A DNA stretch of 64,000 nucleotides, from the NCBI GenBank assembly GCA_040954595.2, contig CM082590.2, positions 10,628,088 through 10,692,087 of the forward strand, written 5' to 3'. The translations under genes and the position numbers were made by a program. How positions within the stretch are numbered: position 1 is the stretch's first letter; each line of letters begins with the position of its first letter. Under the pieces are notes generated by a model. That model ran no database searches. It was not told the origin of the DNA and saw only the letters and a program-made list of their open reading frames with translations. Below, in pieces: positions 53,101 to 64,000 of the stretch. This DNA is from Balanoglossus misakiensis (lineage: Eukaryota; Animalia; Hemichordata).

Positions 53101-56100
53101 TGAAAGATCTCCTTGAAAGCAAATCAGAAACCTGGGTGTTTACGATTTAGTCATTTTCATTTCCACGCTTTCCTTTGTTTTGAACTCTGCCCATCAACTG
53201 TCATCCTGACTAGTGCATCTAATGAGTTGTAAAATCGTGGGTGTTTATTTGAAGCTTGGAAAGTTGAGCTGCTCCCGGTGAAGGCCGTTTTGTTATTACA
53301 CTCACTGTTGTGTTTAACGAGGGCGTAAGAAATCCAATGCTAAATTATGCATGACTTGATCACGTCGACACGCGACACCAATTGCATTCTAGTTATTACC
53401 TGCTCAAAGTACTTTGATAACACGGCACATATTGCTGATTACATTGTATGTGTCATCTATCTCTGAGTTGACGTTAAGCTGGCTCTTACATAAACTAATA
53501 TATATTTAATATGCCATAAGTATTTTATTAGCCATATTCAACTTAGCCAGGCCTATCGACTTAGATCTTGTATAAGCTGTTTCACTTCCAGTCTTGCCAC
53601 GAGACAAAAAATCCCACTAATGGATGCTATACAGAAATTCTGTGGTTTTGCGGGGGGACATTAGAAGGCCGGATGTCTCAAATTGTAGTACTTAACTGGG
53701 GAAAATCGCTGGAAGATGTCGCTGATGAGATTGTGGTTGTAATCAGTGCATTAATACATCAATACCTCTCCTGTGTTACATGATGATGTCTTCTCATATA
53801 AACTGTCATGTGCGGAGTTCTGAAAATGGTCTATTGACCCGATGTTTATTCAATGTAGAAGGAAACTTTTGGTATTTATATAATTGTTTCAATCAAGTTT
53901 TTGTCTATGTATTATCTATGGCTTGTTAACAGTATAAACTGTCGTGATTTTCTTCTAGTGTTACACATGACTTAATGTTAACAGAGCCTATAGAAATATG
54001 ATCCTTGCAATAGATAACTAACTCTCTCGGATATGTAACCAGCAGCTCTGGTAATCCGAGCTTCATATTCATGTCGTACGTAATATCTCTACTCTTTGCC
54101 TTGCAGTATGGAGTTAGTGGTCCCTTCTGGTACGCTGCTGGAGCAACTGTTCAGATCATCTTGTTTGCTGCTCTGTCAATTCAGTTGAAGATTAGAGCTC
54201 CCGGTGCCAAAACTTTTCTACAGGTGACGCATGCGCGGTTTGGATTAAAAACTCATTCCGTATTCTGTGCCTTTGCCCTGATGACGAACATTGTTGTGAC
54301 CGCCATGTTAATGATGGGTAAGTTTCATTGTTGATGAGGACCTTGCTTGTTTGTTGGTTTTCTGTCTGTCTGTCTATGTCTGTCTGTCTGTGACTCTCTC
54401 TCTCTCTCTCTCTGTTAGTTTGTTTTTGTGTGTTTGTTTGCTTTTGTCTGTTGTCCGTCTGTTTTGTTTGTTTGCTTGTTTGGCTTGTTGTTCTTTGCTT
54501 GTTCGTAATTTTGTCTGTATGATTTGGTTTGGTTGTTTTTTTACTTATTTGGTTGTTGTGAGCTGGTAGCTATTAGACGATAAACGATTGCGTTGGTGAC
54601 TTTCCTCATGAGTAATGTATCTTTAATCCATATCAATGTAGATTCATTATTTTATACCCTCACGCAATTTTATAATCTAGGATAAACAAAACATTTCCAA
54701 AGCTCATCAATGAGGAATCAGACTGTTATGTGAAAAGAAATCCATTTGATATGCTTCTACTAATATTTTTACATCTAAAAAACGACTGCATCACTCTGGT
54801 GCAACAGATGGAGCCATCCACGCTTTAGGCCGATGTATCCATGTCGCCGAGATTCTTCATGGTGATCAGCACGTTATGCAAATCACATCCAGTGTCATTT
54901 CATCAAATCCATTAAGAGTTGGATAACCGGTGGCATTTGGCGTAATTTCACAGCAGACCCTTCACTGAATAACTATCTGTCTGAATTAGCATATATATTG
55001 ATGCATATACATGGTTATCATTAAAATGTGTAGTCAGCTCTTGTCCAGATTTGAAGTGTATGCACCCAGATTGTTGTTAATATTTGATATGAATTTCCTT
55101 AATGTATGCTAAAAGGTGGCTTAGCCAGATGCCACCAATATCATCCACAGATGTGACATTCAAAGTTTCACCGCTGGAATAATAAGTCGTATAAAGTTGT
55201 ATCACTTAATTTGTTCTAAAAAGTTTCGAGGCACATCTGACTTTCACCCAGTTTGTTTGTTTGTTTTATTGGTCAATAAATCTGGATATACAATACATAT
55301 TTTACAATGTGAATGCAATATATCCTGCATCTTACAGGTGGTGCAGCCGTGTTGACAACCCTGGTTGATGGTCTCAGCGTTGAATTGGCATCTATGATAC
55401 TGGCTGCTGTCATTGGTGGATACACATACATTGGTGGTCTCGGCGCAACATTCTACGTGTCATATTTCAACACGGCACTAATATTCATCATCACTTTGAT
55501 TTTTGTCATCAAAATTTACAACGACCCAAATAATCCAGATAACCCACTTGGTAAGTGGTCAATATATTTACCCATCTAAGAGTAATGCCATCTGGTCATT
55601 ATTTTGATGACTTAATTCAGTTTCACACTTTGATATTTAGTGTTTTAAACTTGCAAAAGATAAAGGGATTGAGAAAATTCAAGTGCAGAAACATGTTTTG
55701 TACATTTGAAAACATGGCCACCACATCTACGCGTCAAACAAAGCTTTAGACGATACATTCATGCTGTTTGTGAAATGAATACGAAATTATCCTCTAATTT
55801 GTCCACCAGATATACACGTTCACCAATACTGTAGTAACATTTATTGTTTTACAAACGTAATTGGTATTAGTAGCGTTTCTGTAGTGCATTCACGGGACAA
55901 AAAGCAGTTAAGATATGATCAAGTTTGCCGGATGTTTTCTCCATCTCTTTGAGTGAGGACGTGTTGGACTCTCATTATCAACACTACTTATTCTTGCTAA
56001 AAGCGCAGTTTGGAGGCAGTGGGGGGAAATTGAATAATATCCTCTGAAATCATGAAAAATGCATGACAACGGAAACCGTTAGGCGTCAAATTAGAACAGT

Positions 56101-59100
56101 GGCCTAGTTTTTTTTGTATATCGAGTTGTTACCTCTTGACAACCTTGTGAGCAGGGTGTTATTTTGAAATGAGATAATATGAAAAGATTGCTTTGATCTT
56201 CTGCTTATAGAAATCGTGGTAATACCAATTTTGCTGATCCCCCTGGAAACGCCTATGTTGAATATAGTGAGATGAAAACTCCGGAGATTAACTGATAATG
56301 ACCGTCCTGTTGGTCGATGATTAGATTCGCAGTTGCATTCAGTCTTTTACGTTTTATAAATTAATATCTGAGGAATCCTTTGGGCTCTGATTCATACACG
56401 TGGTAACTTGTTTATCAGTCGTTACTTTGAGACAGTTTGTCCCCAAACTCGTTTCATTTCATACGAATAACACCGACAGATATACTGAGTTCCAACTTCT
56501 AACGTAATCACAAATATTCAAGGGAAGATTCCATTAGTTTTTGGTGGGAGGGGGAGCATGCATTTTTTATTCAAGGGAGGGGGGAAGTAGTATGTACTCT
56601 CCACACACTGGAACACCACAGTAGACGGTCGCCTCACTTTGAAAACAACATCCAGGAAAGTGGAACTACTGATATTTCTGGAAGGCAGTCAGGATGGCTG
56701 TTAGCAAAGACTTATGCGGCTTGAGGCCAAACCGACATATTGAAATTTCAAGCCAAGAGAATTTGCAGTGTTAGAGTGAAAGAAATTGTAATGACTTACA
56801 AGTGTTATAGGAAGGACTGTAACATTGTCGACACCCAGTTGCACTGGGTTAAATAATAAAATGGCTGGCTGTGAGATTGTGTGTATTCGCCGTCCCGCGA
56901 TGACCACGCTGTTGACGCGCCTCAGTCACGCCACAATTAACCTTCACAAAAGTCTCGCGCCTCACATCATTAGACTACATATGCTTTGTGTCACGTGCAG
57001 TTTTTTTGAGAGGGTCACGAGCGAAATAATGAACGCAAATTTGAAAGCCTGAAAACTCAGGGAGGGGGTACACGCCTGATCTCTCCAAATGAGTCAGGAA
57101 TGATATTATTTTTTTTGGTCAAATCTGTCGCCATGGCTTTTCGTTGTAACAACACCTAACGACGAATTCCGAGAACGTGTGCTCATACAGAATCTAGAAT
57201 ATACAATCAAAGTTAATGAAGTTAGTCATCAGTTCAATTTTTCACGCATGGCCATTTATACTTCATCTTAATGACGGCGAAACTGGGACATGTCCTGGAA
57301 ATGGGATCAAGGTAGCAGTAACAAGCTTCAGTACTTTGACACTCAAAAAATAGGGGTAAACAATGTAAAGGTCATAGATATTAGCGAAACACTCATGCTG
57401 AAATTATGGTTGGAAAGTTCACCGCACATCCAATTTTTCTGCATCTTAATGCGTGTGAACTTTTTTGCTGAAGGTAACATCTGCTATTGAATTATATTCA
57501 GCTTATCCGTTGCCTGAATCCAAATTTGGGTGGGAGGTATTGATTCGAAACGACCATGGCTGATTAGATTTTTGGTCACAAGGTTCAGATTTTATTTCTG
57601 ATTGTGGGTGTGACATTGTCTATGAAGAGTTCAATATCAGTATTGGCATATAAGCTTATAGATACCGAATTTCATTTTCAACTGATCCAAAGCATATTGT
57701 ATGTTTTATGCATCCCCAGAAAAAAAGATTGCATTATAGATGTAGGTGAAATACACGGCAAGCTGATATGCGAAGTGTCCATGACTCAGTACCCGAAATA
57801 CTCAATTTTTCAACACTATTCTTCTTTTACAGGCTCTGCCGACAATGTCTTTGAACTCCTCAATTGTGCTGAAGGCCCCAGTGAGAACAAAGAGAGCAGC
57901 TATCTCACATTTATATCAACTGGTGGTCTTATGTTTGGCATTATCAACCTTGTGGGTGAGTTGAACTTTCATCATTTCCAAATAATTTTATTTGCTGATT
58001 TTTCTTTGTCGTTTTCAAGACCTCGATCTTACATGAATCCACTACTTTGATTGGTAAAAAACAGTAAACTCGCAACATGTTTATTGATATCTGTACTGAA
58101 TTCTGGATGCCTCGTGCTAGGTGGTCAAATCACATTATAATAATTGCATTCTGGGTAAAAGGTCGACAACTCACTGCAGTAAGAGTCTGAAGAAATTGTA
58201 CCTTAACTGTATTTCATGACTTCTTCTGATGTTTTTATTTGGCCGAAAATTGTAGGTAATCATAGATCCGTTCATGTTTTTTTTTTTGTGACAGGGAACT
58301 TTGGAACGGTTTTCGTGGACCAGTCGTACTGGCAAAGTAGCGTTGCCGCCAAACCTCGGCAGGGGGTCTGGGGTTTCATCACCGGTGGTTTGACCTGGTT
58401 TGCTGTTCCCTTCACCTTTGCCACAACCATGGGTCTGGCCTACGTGGCTTTGAGCACAGCCAATGGAGAGGATTTGCTGAGTGCTGATGATGTCAATGCA
58501 GGTAAAAATGGCGGAGAGGCCCCTGCTGCATTAGACTGGGAAACCCGTAGCTCGAGGGTGCCGTCGCTACGGGGCGCAGAGTTTGCCTCGAGCAACGGGA
58601 TTCTCAGACTGAGTATAAGGACCCTTCGTGTACTGTAATGGAAGACTATATGATTGGCTTATCTCACGAGCTTGGTTAAGAAACGTAACAAGTTGTTGCT
58701 AGCAAAATAATACAATTAAGTCATGCTTTGAGTGAAACTTGACTAGAAAATGTGAAGACGTTAACAAAAATGTAACGTTTGTACTGTGCATCACTATGGG
58801 CCATGTGCTTGCCTGTCCAGTGTCACATGAGAATGTCCTCCATGTATTATACCGGTATGGGACTGCCTAGTCTTGTTGAGGTCTCACAGGATCTGTGGAG
58901 TTCGGAAAATGATCTATTCAACGCGTGAATGATTGCTATAATGGCTGGCAAGGTTATAAATGCGCACTGCTGTAGGCGAAAAAAGCTTACCGTTCCCATG
59001 TCTACATAAACTTTAATTTTCGGGTCCTTATGGTATTAAATGTATTCAAAGCTTCTTAGCCCTGAAGTGTCCATAGATTAAGTTGTATTTTGGTAGCATT

Positions 59101-62100
59101 GAGACAGATCAAGAATCAGGAGACTCGTAAAAAATTCATAAATAACAAAGTGGATATTTGTACGGAAAATATAAACTGTCTGGTTATAGAACTGAAATGC
59201 CAACAAGACAATTAGATGACGTCGACTACACATGCCTCAGATTTAAACATTTATGTTCAGCCAGTTTTTTTACTGAAGTGGAAACAAGTGGTGGGCAAAA
59301 AGGTCATCTTGGAGACTGACGTTTGTTTTCTTGTATTTTACTGATTTCTTTTAGGTCGCGTGCCGCCAATCGTGGCCCAAACTCTGATGGGCAAAACTGG
59401 CGCTTATTTGATGACCGTCATGATTCTAATGGCTGTGACGTCAACGGGATCAGCAGAGGTCATTGCCGTGGTTTCCATTTTGGTGTACGACATGTATCAG
59501 CTGCATTGGAGACCCTATCGTCATCTGACCGACAGCAATGGTTGTATTCTCTGCGGAAAGCAACGTGGTCGAATGGCGAACAAGATCGAACAGTGTAACT
59601 GCTACAGTATGGCGTACTGCAAAGCTTGCTCTAACGACGACATGTAAGTTTTGAATATAGCCTCGCTTTGAGTGTAGCTATGGCAATGGAAACTATAGCC
59701 TCTCTCTCTGGGACTCAGCTCTGCTTCATGGTCATATTTACTGCTGTACAATGATGCTCTTTAAAGCGCATAGCTCGTCTCACAAATGGCTATTTTTATG
59801 TTTTTCACACAGCGCTCGAGAAACGTCTAAGCGTGCCGTCAGACCTCCATTTACTTGCATGATGCATGGATCTTATCGAACTTATTTAGAGTTGCTGATA
59901 CGCAAGAAAAATTGGTGTATATTCTGGGTGTCTATTGCCATCGTACCGCTGACTCTGATTCTGAAAGTCCTTCAGGTAAGTGGACAATTATAGATTTACA
60001 AAAGTTCCTAGTGAACACTGTTCTCGTTTCTTTAACCCTCTCAGGCCTGGGTCGCAAAAACCTATTTACGTTACTGGGAACTCAGGTCTAAAAGAAGTTA
60101 ATCATTTGTAAATTTCTCGCGCATGAGGACAGAAACATACCCTTCGCCTCATGGGCCAAAATACCCTTTCCCTGAGCGGTCCATCTAAACGTCTGATTGC
60201 AATGCTGATAACTTTGCCCTTTCTGTAATCATTGCCGCAATAAAGCGACATGTAGAGAATTGTTTTCTAAGAAAACGACAAAAATTCACGATTCGTCGCA
60301 TAAATGATTCAAAAATGGATCAGGCGTGTTGGATTCCGTAACTGCTTAAGCCATCAAATTGTTTTACCCCAAGAGCTAGCCATTAACATGACATACACGA
60401 ATAAATGAGCATTGTTACTGGGTCTCGAGTAGGATTGGTTTATTTCAAACAGGCCTCAGGTCTTTCTCATCAAAATCTCCCTCACAAGGCCATAATGGTT
60501 CAAAAACAAAGACTTGATAGAATATTTTTTCTTGTAGGTCAATCTTGGATGGGTGTATCTATTTATGGGCGTTCTGATTGGCTCAGCTGTGGTACCTATC
60601 GCCCTGAGTGTCTTTTGGTCGCGCCTCACGGGACCTGCAATGGTTTCTGGGACAGTTGGAGGAACGTTGCTAGGACTGATCAGCTGGCTGATCACGGCTT
60701 CCACGTTTGAGGGCGGTCTTCGTGGTGATGTGTTCCTACAAAATACAGGTTTGTATGCGTTCTGTCTTACTTCCTTCAAATACTGTAAAACACTTTTTTT
60801 TCGCGAGTCAAAATTTTCGTGATATCGAGAGAGGCCACTGTTACGCGAGTATTAATTTTCGCGCTTTCACACATTGTTCTTTCACAACTATATGTACGCG
60901 AGTCTTTATTTTCGCGTTGTTTTGGCTCTAGCGTATTTAGCGTAAATTTAATGCTCGCGAAAATAAAGTGTTTTACAGTATATCCCTGAGACGTATCTGT
61001 TAAAAGGGCAACGATCGTCTTATACACATCTGCCAAACCAGAGACTCATGGTTACAAAAACTGTATACAGTCAAAGCCATAAGGCAGTGTGCTGTTCTAA
61101 CAACAGACATGATGGTGGCGACTATAGTCTGTGTCGGAGAAATCGGGAAAAGACAGAATGACCAACACGTTCTGAAAAAGCCAATTGTTGACGTACCGTA
61201 CGGTAGTCTGCCAACAGCAGAGATTAATGATGACAGATGTATACACGTCCTTGGTATCTTCCTTTCAATTTCCCCTCAATTTTCGATGAATGCAAGCATG
61301 ACATAATGGCCTGACAAGTCTAACGTACCCTATATCACCCAACGCATCTAACAATAGAACCAGAACAGAAGGATTAACGAGCTGATTGTGTATAAATTTC
61401 AGGCGAAGAAGTGAGTATGCTTGTCGGAAATTGCGTCGCTATTGGCAGCGGGGCCATCATAACAGTTATCGTTACCTGGGCAACCAATCCTCACTTCACA
61501 GCGACAGACAGAATGGAAATGTGGGAGAAGACACGTGACATAGACAATCCTCTGGCGCCTTGGACCGAACTATATGTCCGGTAAGAGAATGTTTGAGTTG
61601 AAAGATCCATTCCTTGAGACAGAGAACTTCTTTTTACAGTTGACAATGCAGTACCTGCAATAAGCTTAGTGTGGACGATATTACCCCGGACATTAGCCTG
61701 GCCTACTTCCAGCCCACAATGCAGTGCGTGTCTCTGTGTACACAACATCTTAGAATACCCTGTATGGACACCCTCAGATTCACACATTCATCATCGATAC
61801 ACACTTTGAGGGAAAGAATTATAGAGACTGGTTGTAATGAAAGAGAGAGTTTCTGGACTATACGTTGTTCATTTGCACACCCTAATCAAATCACGTGAAC
61901 CATAATCAGTTCATATCTTGTTTTGTTGTCGCAGGGAGTTAAGTATCCACGATGCCAAGATGCTGTACAACAGACCCACATTAGAAATGATGCAAGAAAA
62001 ATTCAAGTCAGCTCGCAAAGTCGCGACTATAACAGCAATAGTCCTGACTCTGATACTTATAGTTATATGGCCGGCCTGTATGGTGTCTGTTCAAGTAATG

Positions 62101-62514
62101 AACGCAGGTGAGTTTACGACCTGGGTGATTGTGTCGCAAACATGGGCCTGGTTGGCGGCCATCTTTATCATCGTTGCCCCCGTTGTCAACGAAGCATACA
62201 CAATTATTACTGAACTCGGGGAGACACGGCGCAAGCGGACAATTCATGTGGACGGCAACAAACTCAAAAGGTCGCGATGTGCAAACGAGACGGCGGCATC
62301 TCCAGTCATGGCCACAAAGGCATCACAGGCCGAGTTGGACGAAGCTTTGGAGAATGGCGCGGATGCACATGAAGCATTTGTTATTACAGGCGCCGTCTCT
62401 TGTGAGAGAGGGCAATCAATGGACGATATTCCTTTGGAGTCTTGCTTCACTCCTCCTAACGCTGTGACTGACACTGATTTGGAAAACACCGACCAAGCCA
62501 TTTTTGAGGAATAG
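44870..62514 (+). CDS. DUR3: DUR3-like urea active transporter (sodium:solute symporter, SLC5 superfamily), 11 coding exons, 851 aa
   Basis: Exons 44870-45127, 52971-53093, 54107-54317, 55338-55550, 57833-57955, 58295-58501, 59355-59643, 59813-59975, 60538-60748, 61403-61580 and 61935-62514 (2556 nt, in frame). DUR3 motifs [67 protein letters not shown] and [18 protein letters not shown]. Confidence 0.92.
45651..45824. mobile_element. Single arm of the 26714-27067 fold-back element
   Basis: ATTCATTTTGG...GGTGTCTTGTATCAAACA...TTGTCCCTTTAA. Confidence 0.7.
47317..47612. mobile_element. TTAA-flanked non-autonomous element (Kolobok-like)
   Basis: TTAAAGGGCCAC...GTGGCCTTTAA ends. The left part (TGCCAAACCAGAGACT...AACAACAGAC...TGTGTCGGAGA) recurs at about 61000-61150. 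Confidence 0.6.
48849..48957. repeat. (ACAAC)n pentanucleotide microsatellite
   Basis: Read directly from the sequence. Confidence 0.9.
49848..50164. repeat. (CAT)n microsatellite with CATGAT variants
   Basis: Read directly from the sequence; it is the source of the poly-H, poly-D, poly-M and poly-I ORFs. Confidence 0.95.
60781..60980. mobile_element. TA-flanked MITE, 200 bp
   Basis: TACTGTAAAACACTTT...AAAGTGTTTTACAGTA termini with internal TTTTCGCG motifs; a partial relative lies at 46511-46555. Confidence 0.75.
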
Positions 62515-64000
62515 GCGACATTACCGCGTCGGAGGGTGAGGGTGCTCGAGTGAAAACTTGTTTGGCAGACAGACTCGGTCAACTTTGAAAACTTTGGTCT
62601 TCAAGTTTCCATTTTGACACCGGTGTTCAAATCAGGACCCAACAAATGCCCTTTTTGCAAAAGTTTATTCATTTATTCACGAACCAACAGATTGCCCAAA
62701 TAACAGGTTCTTCTGAAATAAAATGATTATACAGAAGAAAATAAAAAACAGCAGAATAACAACATCAAAAGTACCGACAAGACATTAACAAAAAAATACT
62801 GACAAGACATTGACATATGAAAGAAAATAGTAAACAGTGATAAACACGCAAAAACATGATAAAAATACTGTTACTCAGTAAAAAAGAGTTTGCACAATAC
62901 ATGTTGAAAGCTGGTGCACCGGTAGTTACCAAATATATCAACATTTTGCTTGTGACAGATAAAATTAAAATATGTCTGGGATCGCGATTATAAGTGTTTC
63001 CAGATATTCTAAGTGCTGATGCTTAGTTTTACTGAGAGATGTAAATTTTTTTATCAAAGAGAAGTATTTTGTGATATGCCCGTTGGAGTCTGATTCATTT
63101 ATTCATGATGGCACCTGACAGATGTGCCTATAATTTTGCAAAGATGCCTAGAACACTATGATAAACTAAAAGGACAAATGTGATTGGAAGAAACACTTCA
63201 AATATCTCAGACAACGATGAGTTTTAGCCAATCAACATGGCTGTATCAAATCATGTAGTCTGACGTTCGCCATCTCACGTGCATTTTGGTTGTTACATGT
63301 AGTCAGCTTGTTGGCGCCATTTTTAAAAGCAACAAAGTATATTTTGTCCAGTGGTAAATGTTTGATATGTTTATTTTCATGTATACAGCATCGTTTTTAA
63401 GAAACCGACTCTTTTTACTTTTTGAAAAAAATATGATATTGTTGTGTGTGATATCAAGGTAAATACCCTCTTCGATTTTTGAATTAACATACCTTAATAT
63501 AAACGACAGCCAAAGAAATATCATTTCTCTCGCGGTTTAACGACTATTACTGATTGAGGAGAATCTAAATTTACTTTCTGAGAATTTTTGTTCTGTCTGT
63601 TAAAGGCCCAAGAACTGCAGAGTACTATATTAATTCTTGTAAACACCTTACTTAGAAGGGACACCTATATAATTTAATGTTTGTGTAAAAGAAATAATCC
63701 CAGAATAATACCAGATGTCGCAACTTGAGCATTTTGTGAATGAATATCGTGATTTTAAATTCTTCAGATTACGAGGAGTCCTGACCTGGAATAGAGTTGT
63801 CAGTAAACCACATTGACTGTTTATGTGCTGATCTGTGGATATATTCAATGGATGTGTTTAAACAGAGGGGTCAGGAAACTGCAATTGTTATCCATGGGTC
63901 TGAACTTCTTTGTAGCTACTGGTCAATTAGGACCATTCATGCGCGGATAGATTGGTGATTAGGAATTGGAACTGAAATCTTTTATACCTCTTTCACATAT

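Overview
AT-rich, intron-rich animal genomic DNA with canonical GT-AG introns, microsatellites and MITEs. It is probably a marine invertebrate, possibly a non-vertebrate deuterostome (inferred from gene content only). Six multi-exon genes were assembled by hand with consistent splice phases: (1) + ARM-TIR-SAM protein, about 803 aa, 1454-9359; (2) + peropsin-type opsin, 355 aa, 10757-17815; (3) + ATIC/PurH, 18406-24816; (4) - FAIM, 179 aa, 29570-27342; (5) + CEP70, 31125-40160, head-to-head with FAIM; (6) + DUR3-like urea transporter (SSS/SLC5 family), 851 aa, 44870-62514. Introns and UTRs hold several short DNA-transposon families, a tRNA-derived SINE, a possible solo LTR, minisatellites and microsatellites. 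Most notable: the TIR protein keeps the NADase glutamate but has a domain order unlike SARM1; the opsin has Glu at rhodopsin site 292; both splice sites of FAIM coding exon 2 are tandemly amplified; and DUR3 carries a Cys/His-rich insert and an apparent signal peptide. No prokaryotic operon, CRISPR array, rRNA or intact transposase was seen.
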